Source: Marsupella aquatica
Lineage: Eukaryota > Plantae > Marchantiophyta
Assembly (NCBI GenBank): GCA_973895155.1
Contig: OZ316895.1
Coordinates: forward strand, 186,001-250,000
Direction: 5' to 3'
DNA length: 64,000 bases
Made by a program: the position numbers and the translations under genes. How positions within the stretch are numbered: the stretch's first letter is position 1; each line of letters opens with the position of its first letter. Below, piece by piece: positions 22,152-34,236 of this stretch. Under the pieces are notes generated by a model that worked only from the letters and a program-made list of their open reading frames with translations, was not told the origin of the DNA and did no database searches.

Positions 22152-22290
22152 GTCACTTAACTTTTGGGTGCATGGAAGTGGGAGTGCAAGGAGTGGGGAA
22201 CACTTCATAAATGAAAGTGAGTCACTTAACTTTTGGGTGCATGGAAGTGGGGGTGCAAGGAGTGGGGGAAATTTTCATAAATGAGAGTGA
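22152..22290 (+). repeat. ~69-bp tandem duplication, with a dispersed third copy at ~23757-23830
   Basis: GTCACTTAACTTTTGGGTGCATGGAAGTGGG...CATAAATGA starts at 22152 and 22221. Confidence 0.8.
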
Positions 22291-25188
22291 GTTACTAATA
22301 AATGGCAAACAAAACCTAGAGTCCGAGTGGAGGACCTTGTCACCTAGTGCCTTCACCAATCTTAGTACTCTAGCCTAAGTACCTTTGGTGTCCAAATATC
22401 TACACAAAACTCCATGAGCAAGTAACTCGATGCCTCTATCATCGCCGACAACAACTAGCTCTCATACAAAGCTACACTTGCTCCTTAACATGACCGTCGC
22501 TCAATGGTCCTTATTATCTGCACACGCAACCAAACACATTAGTAAGTAACTTATCATGATCTCCAAGACCATTGTCTTCTCTGAAGCTCAACAGTCTTTA
22601 GTAAGTAGGTCTACGAATAGAACCTTTCGGGTCCGCATGTCCTTGCAATATTAAGTTGAAGCTAAGGCCGGTACCCATTGTTCATCCAAAATAACCCCTC
22701 TATTGGGTAACGCCCATGCTTCCCCACTTTCTATCCGTCACTGGTTGACAGCCCTGCCTCTAGGACATGCCCATGACCCAAATAGTTAGCTTGTCGCGAA
22801 GCTTGCCCCAAACACCACGACCAGTTCAGCTTCGACTCTAGCAACCATCTCTAGGCTCCAACTCAATTGAGAGTCTAGGGGCACTTGGACCTCAACACCC
22901 ATGCCTACTTTGCATTGCCTCCCCAACACAAGCTCCTATGGGAAACTGAATGCGATTTGGCTGTTGTTTTGGCAGGATTTGGTAAGTTGGTGAGATAGCC
23001 CCCGTAAACCTTGAACAGACTTCTCGTTGAGAAGTTATCATTGTTTTGGTTTGGTGTTTCCCCTTACTAGCGTGACTGTTGCGCTTCACGACTTGGGCTT
23101 GCCCCTGGCCCCCAAGGAGACACCACTTCACTTATATATGCTTTTGGAAACTTGCCACCCCAAACCAACTTTGGTCCCCTATATTTGGCCCTCAACCTAG
23201 ACTCCAACTTGATCACATGGGCACACAACTAGCTTGTTATGCCCATATTAACTTTCTAGTTAGACGTCCGTAAATGAAGTGCCTAGTCTATTGTGATCAG
23301 GCTGACGCAATGCTCATGCCCAGGCCCTAAGAACTCATTGACAGTTAGGGGTTTTGGGGCGGCTACACTCGAGCCGTACCGTATCTCATGCGTCAAGCAT
23401 CCGTTGCGCATGAAGTAAACTTCTTTGGCCTTGGGCCCAAGAGAGGCTCACACTCAAGCCCTTAGAACTCAAAGTCCGGACGGGGGTTGGGATGGTCCAT
23501 GTACCCTGAGCTTGGCCCTAGCTTCACATGACCTACACAGCTCCCAATGCCCGTCTAAGTCCTTTGTGTGCATCACAAGCTCAACGCATTGCCTTTGCTA
23601 GTGCAATGCTTCATTGCCCATAAGTCTTCCCATATTTAGTCCCCACCGGATGGCCGTTCCGGAGGCCTAGACCATAGAGGAGTTTGGTGTCAGAGTCAAC
23701 GACGCTGGAGCTAAGTGATAGGGTAGTGGAGTTCCACGACTGTTGGGGTTTAGAAGCACTTAACTTTTGGGTACATGAAAATCGCAGTGCAAGGAGTGGG
23801 AACAAAATAATCATAAATGAGAGAGTTACTAACAAATTGCAAACAAACCTAGAGTTGGGGTCTAGGCTTCTAGCTCGTGAAGCCTCTAAACTGTAACCCC
23901 TAATTAGGACCCCCACCAAATTTATGTCCATGGAAAGAATTATGGGATATTATGTATCTCAAGAAAGGCAATCATGTAGGATGATTTTTGTCATCATGTC
24001 TACTCACATTCAAAGAATAGGCATTAGTGCTTGTACAGTTAGTTAGAGAATATTTGTCTTGCAAGATTTTTTTCTTAAGTATTTGACCATTCATCATTAA
24101 ATCCATTTTTTGTCATTAACTCCATCAATAATTGACCATTGATGATCATTCTTTTATGTTAAACATTCCAAGAGAGATTAAGTTCTATTTCATACTAGGA
24201 ATGGGCTTAACTTGTGTCGTGTGGACACACATTGATACGCAACTCACACCATTGCACACCATATAAGACATAAAACATTCACAATACACCCATAACAATA
24301 TGTTTTCAAGAGTCCACGACAATCTAGCTTGTGCATAACGGAACCCCGTCATAATGTACTATGTCACACCATTCTAGGTAGTATTAGAATGTATTGTACT
24401 ATCTAGATCCATATGTTTAGTATGTGTGCTATATGAGCTGATAAGGTTTTGTTAGGTTTGTGTGAGAGGGTAGTTCTCTCTTGTGGGGCATCAAAAGGTT
24501 ATCATTTGATGTTGAGCCTTGGAGAGGGGAGCTCGTGTGGTGAATATGGTGGCTAAGACTCCTTTGATGTAGCGTGGATTTCTTGAGTGCAAGGTGCGTT
24601 GGCTTGACATACGTGTGTAATGGGATCCGACAAGATTGAGTGCGTGTTGTTGGCGTCGATCGCTGTTTGGATTCTATTGAAGATTACATTGAAAGATGTG
24701 AGTTGCAACTTTTGTTGTGCGGACTGTGCAAACATAAGTTCATTTTATGTTGATTGAGTTGGCGATGGTTTGTGGAAATTGTCTGAATCTGTTGCATGGA
24801 TCCGTGGTAGCTCCAATCACATTGAATCGGGTATTGAATAGATTGTTAGTATTTTGATCTGTTGCAGTCTGTGTTTCATTGTTGGGTTGGAGATTGCGGG
24901 TTGTTTTGAGAAGAAACGATCTACAGAGGGTTGCCTGTTTAGTGAAGAACTCGAGGTGCAAGAGAGATTGCTCACTATTTTGCCGGATTTGTAAGGAGAC
25001 AGTGTGTCGATCCAGGACCTATGCTGTCATTTTGATGCATTTTTGTGAAGGAAATTACCGCTGCTAAGTGTGGATGTTGATAGATTGGGCCTCAAGGCTG
25101 AGGCGCACCTGAGCCGTGTTCCATATGAAGCATTTTTGACTCCAAAGTTGCAAGATCTGTTTGCTGCGGACTGAGAGTGAGTGTTGCC

Positions 25189-27465
25189 CTTAAAGCAATG
25201 GAAAGGAATGTTCTTAAACAGGATGGGTTGCCAGATAATTATATCCTCCCTAATTTTGACTCGTGCACTTTGAGGTACTTCACGTTCAGTATCCTAGAGG
25301 ATACAGGCCCTGTCGTGCGGGTAGGAACTATAATCATCACCTTGGATGTAATGTAGCAGCTTTCCCAGTGATTCTGCAATCTTTATCCTGCATCCTTCAA
25401 GTACTAGCGCTCGAAAAGGAAGCTCAATCCATACTGGTAACTTAGTAAATTTTGCAGACCTTATATCAAATGAAGGGTCCCAGGGGAAGGTAAATACTAA
25501 TTTCCGCTCCAGGAACCACGGTGCACACTCTAAAGCCAAATCTCGATGCTCTGCCTTTTCAAATACAATCATATAGAAACTTTTCCCAACAAATTTCACC
25601 TGCATCACCGGCCAGCCTTGCCTCTCTACCATCCAGTCTTCCACCCATGCCCGGAATGTTGGCAGCATCGGAGTCCAGTCAGTAAAATAGCACAACATTG
25701 CACAGTTGTACAACTGCCTTACATTGCACGCTGCTTCCTCAAGACTCCAGTCCACCGTGGTGAATAGCTTAGAGCTCCAATCACCTTTTGTGTTGTCTGC
25801 AATCTCCTTTAAGATGTTAATACATTTATCCAAGACCCCTTCCCTTTCCCGTCCATCTGCCTTCTCCGGTGTTTCACGCTCAGTCGGGGCCCTAATCTCG
25901 ACCAGTTGAGGTCCAATGGCCTGAGGTCCTGCACCAGGGGTTCTGGCAGGTTCAGCATCGTGCTCAATAGTCCTACTCTTTGCCGGGCCCGGTGTGATCT
26001 CACTGTCTCTCGCCTTGCCAAGCTCATTGCTGTTCTCTTGTGGCTCCTTTGGGTCCGCCAGGCGCTTGCGCGCTTGATCCGAATTGGCATACAAGTCGAA
26101 GGGTTGTTGGGCCACAAAAAAAGGCCGGCGGCCAGGAGCATCCTGGGGCCCCCTGCCAAGGTGTGCAATCGAGCTACGTGAGTCCTGCCTGCTATATCTT
26201 GCATTATCCTCCCCTATCGACTCCATAATTTAAGCAGTAATTTCAAATGGTACTTAGAGTAGAGGGTTCCTTCTCACCTCTCAATCCGCCCTTCCTTCCT
26301 GGTGTCAACAAAGTCCCTCCACCCCTATCCCGTAAGTTGCTACTTTGTAATCTCCCCGTTAGTCAGCCGTTCATTCTTCCCTTCCCCGCATCAATAGCAG
26401 GTCCCCACAGTGAGTGTCTCCTGCCCACTGCTTCTACTTCCCCTTTTTTGCCTTGTGGGTCTTCCAATCTGCCCTTTAATTTTTCCTTTCCCAATCTATC
26501 CCTGTTACTAAGTCAGATTCATGCCGCTTTGCTTGGCTTCTAAGGCCCACTGCCCTTGCTCTCCGCTATTTACTTCAGATTTTGATCTCTTACTTTGCCC
26601 TGTCTTACCCTGTTGCCAGTGACAATGGTATTACCGTCAATTCCTCAGGTCCTCAAAGCTACTTCCCCCCAGCTCCCTATGGGTCACCAGTCAGCAATCA
26701 TGATCTGCAGTTGTCAGTCCCGTATCTTGTTGCGCCTCCGACCTTACAAATGAAGTCAAGATCCAGATCCCGTCACGGCCGTGCTTACCCCTTCCCAGTG
26801 TAATTAGGTTCCATGACCCCTAATCCAAATCACTTGCTCAGCGATGGCTCTTGGCTTCCTCTCTCTCAGTGTACGCAAAATCATAGGGAAAAAAGGTGGA
26901 ACAAAGCACTTCCGCCACCCACCCTAAATTGCCAAAGCACCCCCCTGAAGAAAGGTAAACATCTCCAAATAACGCCCTGCAATTGCCCGCCAACTCTCAA
27001 TGTGTAGAACCAAACAAAGTTCAGCCACCTTCCATCCGCCACCTTATACTTCTTCCGCCCTTGGAATAGCGCCGCCCCGCATCCTTCCAGATTGTTGCTA
27101 ATCAATCTTACAAGCTGTAATCCGAATCCGCTTCCTAATGCCGCACCTCCCTAAGTAAGATTATCTCTTCAAACAGATGTAGTGGGTCTTGCACAGGGCT
27201 CTAGCAGCCACATCTACCAGCAGCACCGACCCTAAACCATGCCAGTCCTTCCTACTTTTTCGTTTAGCTTTCTTCTCCAAGCATCCCTTCCATCGCTTCC
27301 ACCTGCATTTGCAAAAGTTACACCCCCCTAGACAGGAGTAAGCATCTTAGCACCCAGTCAACTATCAATCGTAACGCTCATCCACAAGACCAGATTTGAG
27401 TACACCCAGCACACCTTCAGCTCCGTCTGTTTCCCTTCAGCCCCCTCTCCTGTCCTTAGACCCTT
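25189..27465 (-). pseudogene. LINE ORF1, inverted 5' segment
   Basis: ORF 25294-26226 carries the DUF4283-like region and continues through a stop to ...KNIPFHCFK, the first half of the zinc knuckle, at 25189. Confidence 0.8.
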
Positions 27466-28682
27466 TTGGCCCGGGAATGCAGGGAAGGTCGGAATGTTGT
27501 TGCGGAGGCTGATCAGGAGAACAAGGGGGAGGCAGTGGATGACACCCCGGAGGAGTTGGATGAGACAACAGAAGGAGACCCGGAGGAGGTGTTGAGGAGC
27601 CAACTAGCAATGAATCTTCGGGTGAGATTGGGTGCGGAGGTGGTGGCTACCAGGGAGGATAATATGGTAACTACGGATATACTAGCGGTGGAATCACTGA
27701 TGCGAGAGGAAGCTGCTGCCGTGCCAGAGGTTACTAGAGTTGGGAATGGGCAATTAAGCATTTCTAAAGGTGTAGACAGGGGAGAAGGCGACCTGCTGAT
27801 GCTGCCACCTTGAAGAGACGGGGGGGCAGCGGAATTGGTTGCGCTTACTACACTACCATCCGGGGTGCTTGATGCGGGGGCACAAAGCTTTGCGCCTGCT
27901 GGGATGGCTGTCTCTACAATCGCTGATTCAATTGAATCACCCAGTGAGAGGGATGGTGCGGACCCATAAGCCTATTCATATCACGGGGACACAAATGCTG
28001 ATATGTCAGAATACGAAGAGTATGTATCTGGTAAAGGAAAGGAGAAAGCCAAGAAGCTGGACAAGAGGACACCTCCAATTACTAAGAAGGATCGGGCTCC
28101 TCAAGAGGCTAAAAAGCAACGCTCCCTCACTTTCTCATTGTCGTCTGTGCCTATGTAGGGATCGGAAAGTTGCGGGCACTGGGGGCGGAGCGGGATCAAC
28201 TAACGGTGGATATTGCTACTCCAATCGGCACGGATGAAGGGGGGGAAATGGAGCGAGCTTCTCCCCACCTGGCGGACTTAGTGATGGAGGATACAGGGGA
28301 CATGGATATTGCAATGCCAAGACGTAGCAGTGGCAGCACCGATTTGGGTACCCCATCGGGCGGGCGGGTATGTCTGTAAGCTCGAAGAGAATTGAGGGGG
28401 GACCGGCTTAAATGGGTGGGATGCTGAGGGCTGCCTCCTGGAATGTGTGTAGGCTGTGCGAGCCCAACAGAAAGACTACGGTGAAAAACTGGATTGAATC
28501 GAGGAAGGAAAGGCTGGACATTCTAGCATTGCAAGAAATTAAAGCAAATCGGTTCAGGCTGGACATCGCATTGAGAGCAATCCTACCTTCGTATCGTTGT
28601 GTCACGTCTATACCGGAGGAGGGACGGGGAGGTACTTCCCTTATGTTACACCCTGACATTAAAGTGGTAGCATCTGGAGTGG
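27466..28682 (+). pseudogene. LINE ORF1 C-terminus and ORF2 AP-endonuclease start
   Basis: Begins LARECRE (end of the zinc knuckle). ORF2 from 28421 reads ASWNV...DILALQEIK...GRGGT (APE motifs) and is cut at 28683 by an LTR. Confidence 0.85.
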
Positions 28683-30693
28683 TGTGGTGCGTCCCATGGC
28701 TCCCCAAACCCAAGAAAACCCCCTTGCTCAAGCTGATTCCCGCAGGTTTCGTCCTCGGCGAGGCCGTTTCTGCGGCTTAGCGGCATGGGACGCTGCTAAC
28801 TCTCCTTCTACTACTATTAACATTTTACACACATATACTGGACAGATCCTTCATCGGGTCATGAGATACTTAGCCGGCCTATTCTAGGCCTTCCCTTGTA
28901 TTCCTCTCCTGGTCTTCCCTTAGGTATGTTTGGATTCCGCCGTCGGAATGATCCCCAATTGGCTTGGTTAAGCCGCTAAGACCTCTCTTAGCTCGACACA
29001 TCCAACTCTCACTCCCTTGCTACTTCCCTTCATTGATGTGGGCACTCTTCACACAAGTTAATGCGACACACAAATAGCAAAATGACTCCTTCTGACTAAG
29101 TTATACCATGCACTTGCCATAAAAACAGTACATCTCATACACAAGCTCTGCGAACTAAGCCGTGAGGCCAACTCTATTCAGTTCTTAGGCATGAGGAAAC
29201 ATGAATATACACGGCGGCGGCGGAATCCAAACATAGACGTGGAGGCACAATAGCGGCATGTGATAGCCAAGCCGGGACACGCTTCCCACGCCGATCACCT
29301 GCTGTTCCTCCTTCAAGATCTTCTTCAGTTGGTTGAGGAGGTACCCGTTGTAATCCCGGCTTGGGTCTGGCCTTTCTGCCAGGTAGACCTGAGCCTTGCC
29401 GATCTCTGCCCTCGGCAAGTTACAATGCATGGTCACCCGCAAGAAATCGATCATCTCTCCGATGTGCGGGTTGGTGCAGGTGTTCCGGAAGAAGCCATTC
29501 TTCGTTGATGGTCCTGGGAACGACCAGAACTCCTTGTCAGGTAAGGTCTTCCTGGTATCAACCTTGGTCTTATTACCCATCGGCAAGCCAAACACCTCGG
29601 CAATCACCCGAGGAGTGAGATAGAAATCCTTCCCATACACCCTCGTGGAATTGGTCTCCTCCCATGATCCCACGAATTCTAATAAGTCTGAGTCCGGCAC
29701 CTCCGGCTTCAGCCATGGTAATCTTATGAAGGCTTCCAAGCCGGATCCGACCATGAAGCCCTGGTACTTCTTGGTCTGCATGGCCGTAAAGCATGCATCC
29801 TCCTCCCGTGCAAAATGTAATTGCACTTCCTCTGGTAGGGTCTCCGCCCAGCCTTTCCAGGTATCATCCTTTGTTGGAATGGCATTGATGGGATCGACCT
29901 CCTCCTCTTGGGCTTCTCCCTGCCTCCTGTTCTGCTGCTCTGCTGGCTTCCTTGGTGCCGCCGACCTTGTTCTTTTTGCCGGGGTGGCCTCTTCGTTGTT
30001 GTTTCCTTTCCTCTTCATCTCGGCTGCCGTGGATGTTTCTCCTAGCACAGTTGCCTTCGTCCACCCCTCTGTGCTACCCTTCAACTCCCAGTGCACGTCG
30101 TTGCAGCGGTTGATGGCTTCCCGAATGCCGACGATTCTATCTTTGCAAAACAGAAGGTCATCGAGCTGATTGGCAGTAGGAGTCCACAAGAACTCGGCCT
30201 TGATGAGTTCTCCTCCTAAGAAGGCAGACTTCTGCAACTCCCATAGTCGAGCGAGCTCCTGCCATTCTCGAGCTGCTCTCTCCGATTCTTCATCCTCGTA
30301 AGTCCTAATGTACTCAGTTGCCCGTTCGAATAGGCATCCCCAAAAATGTGCCGCTTGATTGACGTTGCTCATACCCTCCTTGAGTCAATCGTTGGTATCT
30401 GCTCCCGCCCAGAGTGCTTGCCTAAGTAGCTGACAGTAGTTGGCCTTCCGTAGTCGTCTGCCCAGTTCGTGCTTGCAAATGAGCCACCATTCCTCGCGAG
30501 CAGTCCTTACCCCTTTCCTCCTCTGGTCTTTCCTCCCGTTGGTTACCCCTAGCCGTCGATGCTTAGTGCGCCCTAACCCTAATCGTGTTCTCTCCCCCGG
30601 CGTCCTTACCTCCGGCTTCGGCTCGGGTTCCATAGTCACCCTTAATTGTTTATATTTTCCTTGTTTTTGTTACTATACTAATGTGTTTATAGG
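28683..30693 (-). mobile_element. Family A giant LTR, copy A1 (probable 3' LTR), with 2.6-kb internal deletion
   Basis: Starts with the TGTGGTGCGTCCCATGG terminus and is collinear with 46472-47004 and 49606-51057. It carries the ORF remnant 29185-30639. Confidence 0.9.
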
Positions 30694-30802
30694 GTATCTG
30701 TTCCTGCTTCCTGAGGGTCAGGCCGTTGTGCTCTTCCGGCTTCTAGTAGGGCCTCAATTTGCTCTGCCCTTGAGATTGGCTTGTAAGACGATCCCCTTGT
30801 AT

Positions 30803-33100
30803 TTAATTTGTTGTCGGGGATAGACGGCGTTGTGGATCCTGTCGGCTCTGCCACAACGCCTGAAGAAAATCCACGGTCCCTGTTGTAGCTCCCCACTTAA
30901 CCATTTCACCCAACTGGTCCACCTTTGGTGCTTCCTCCGGGATTGAAGCTAAAAAGGTGGATTCTATGGTAAAGCAGTCCTCGACCTCTTCTTCACCGTC
31001 CTCCAAGTCACTTTCCATAGGTTCTTGCCATAATCCGCTGGGGGGTACCTCTGGTCCAAAGACACTTTCTTCGGTTAGGTCAGTGAGGCATTCTAGCCAA
31101 CGTACCTCATCGGCGAATTCCAGTCCACTGTCGTATCCATCTCTCTCCCTGATGCTTTTCCTGCGGTCATCCTTGGTGTCCCAGGATACCGTGATAGATG
31201 GGGCCCCAAAGGTGAACTCCTTCTTACCCCAATCCTCTATCACCTTGGCTAGGTACAGCCATGGCCTGCCAATTAATAGCCGGAACGACGTAGGGTTTAC
31301 CGGCTTCATTACTACATAGTTAATGCTAAAGAAGATACCTCCTATCTCCGTCTTGATGCCGGTTAACACTCCCGTGGGAATGACTTGATACCCATTGGCC
31401 ATGTTTAACACTCTTCCAGTCATCTCCGGCGTTAGACCCCATCCTTTTGCTGTTGAATCAATCATAATACATACCCCTGATCCTCCATCAATGGGTACTT
31501 GCAATAATATTTCTCCTTGAATCATTAATGGTAATGTTGGGGCTCCTTGATCTTCTTCTATCATCAGCACATCGGATTTGGTTGCTACCTTGGGTAATCT
31601 TGGCTTGCCGAGAATCGCCTTCCTTAACTGCTTCCGAAAGTACGGGCTATTTTTCAATAATTGACCTACGGTTGCCGATACTCTAGATTCTAGCACATCT
31701 TTAGCCAGGTCATAGGGAACTATCGGCTTCTCTTCTGGCGGTGTCTCCATCTTGGCTTTGGCCTGTTTTTTCACGCTGGTTTCCACAGCCATTGCATCCT
31801 CCGAAGCAAACAACGCTTTTGCTCGTTTCACATCCTTGGCTATGGCTTCGGTATTCTCTAGGGTTTCTAATTCTTGCAATTGTTCCTTAACACTAGCCGT
31901 AATAGAGGGGTAGAACAACTTAGGGTGATCTCGATTGAAGTCGCTGTCCTTTGAAGGATTGGGCTCACTGGTGGGCTCATGGCTTACCTATGTTGCCGGC
32001 GCCTTTCCTTCCCCTTCTGTTGATGTTGACGAAGAGTCGATTCTTTCTTCCTTATCCTTCCCTTTATTTTTGGCCAGCCCATCCCACCTTTCCTTCCTTC
32101 TGGTAGATCGAGTAGAGACCCGGTAGCAATCATGATCCAAATCCTCTTCTGAGAAGGTTGATAGGGCCTCGGCCTCATCATCAGATGGTCCGAACTCTGC
32201 CTCGGTATCCATTTGCCATCCGAGTTCAATGTGGTTGATTTGAACTCCTCCGGGGGTAGTACCTGGCGGCAAGACCTTGACTGGCAAGAGCTTATGATTT
32301 GCGGCTAGGCCTGCCAACCACATAGGACATTGTCCTAGCATGTGACTCTCCTGTCGGCATCCCATACATAGCTAAGCTGGTTGTCCATCACCTTGTTTGC
32401 GTGCATTCGGGCATTCTCTAGCAAAATGACCAGGTTGACCACAATTATAGCATGCCGCAAATCTTTGCACATTCGGCCTAGGAGGTACTGACGGATTTTG
32501 AATAATCCGAGGATACATTTCTCCCGGATTGTTCCTTAATCCTGACCAGAGAGATGCAAGTCTATTGGATAGGTCTCGTGCTCCAGTCTCACTGATGCCA
32601 AAAACACTATCAGCGGCATTCCCTAAAAAGTACTCTACTTCTCCTTGACATGGTCTGACCTCAGCCACATGCCAAACATGACTAGTATTAAGTTTAGGAC
32701 ACGCATCTTTATGGTGTCCGGTTTTATAACATAAGGCACACCATATAGAGCTATCCTCCTGTACTACCTTCTTCTTCGGTTTTACCTCTGCTATTATAGC
32801 CTTAAGCTACTTGGTAAGGGCTACGATGTTATTTGGTGTTTTAGCCTCTAGCTTGACTTTCATCTTCCCCCTCCTTCTGCCCTTCCTTTTCCTAGTTTTT
32901 TCTTCTTCAAAACTAGAAGATGACTCACTCTTGCTACCTCCACTATCCGAGCTTGAGTTATCACTTCTTGACTTCTTAGAATGTTTCTTTTTCTTATCGT
33001 TTTTCTTATGGGTTGATCCTTCCTCCGATGAGGAACTCTTAGACTTAAGCTGTTTCTTCCGGCTTGTGATATCTGCATTAATGTGGTCCATTGCATGATT
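30803..33100 (-). pseudogene. Ty3/Gypsy gag-protease remnant
   Basis: One reading frame broken by TAG stops, with three CCHC knuckles (CALCYKTGHHKDAC, CYNCGQPGHFAREC, CMGCRQESHMLGQC) and aspartic protease motifs IDGGSGV and LLIGRPWL. RT and RNase H are absent. Confidence 0.9.
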
Positions 33101-34236
33101 GAGGACTACCATTTTTCTCCTTTTTTCTCCACAAAAAGGACTCGAGTCCTTGCCATTTTGCATTAAATGTGCAACATATCCCTCAATGGCCAAGATTGAG
33201 GATACATATATCAAAGGCTAGATTTGAACTGGTGAACTGATTCCATTAAATGAACTTTTTTGGATTTAGTAGGACCCTAGTAAAGCTTGCACTCGTATCC
33301 TCATATAGAGTACTTATGATGTGTTTAATGTCCTCGAGGCGAGTAGCCGTCGTTTACTTTTCAAAAAAAGGACTCGGAAGTCTTGGAAACCTACAATAAA
33401 TGTCCTCGCAATCCCCGCCGGCCAGGACATTTTGAAAACAAGGACTCCAAGTCCTTCCAACTTTGGCGCGATAGTCTCAACAGTAGTAAGGACTCGAGGA
33501 CAAAGGAGTATTATTGAGAGTTTTATGCCTGAGCTATCAAATTTTACGAAGTGTTTCATGGTGGACACCAAGCAGCTTGAGGTCCATAGCCAAAATCAGT
33601 AGTGTTCGAGTGTTGGGGCAGGAAGAGAGAGCGACGAGAAATTGCAAACGAGTAGGTATTTTGTTGCGCATTGCAAGATTGTCCATGTTGGCCCGGCCCA
33701 TTCAAACCATTGAGATAATTACAGCCCGAGAGCTCTCGTCTCAGCAGAGTTTATTGGCAACAAAGGGAAGCTAGTGGAGGACGGCCAACTTACTTCCGGA
33801 AGCGATTTCATTGTTTTTCTCACATCTGAGCACTTCAACGGGTTGCTGACATAGGTTTGGTTTGCACATGATGATCAAACTCTCAAAAATGATGGCTAGC
33901 ATTCTTTTGATTCCTTAGCTAACTTTTCGATAGACCGTCGTATGTACCCCTATCTGTTCGCGTGCTATTAACACGGGATTATCCGTCAGCTGCATTGGTT
34001 GGAGTAATGCAACCTTCTAATTCCATTGTGTAATGCATGTAGGCCGAGCGGGCGGTTTGTTTGAAGCTAGCGGAGGAAATTTTACCCAATTCGTTGGTGA
34101 TTGAATCCAACCAACATCCATTTTCAATCCGCAGCAGTCCTGAGGTAATAATGTAGGTGTTGGCCCGATACGCTTGCTTATACTTTGAGTTTTCACCACA
34201 ACTTTCCTCTGTACTAGCATATTTTTGAATGCCGTC

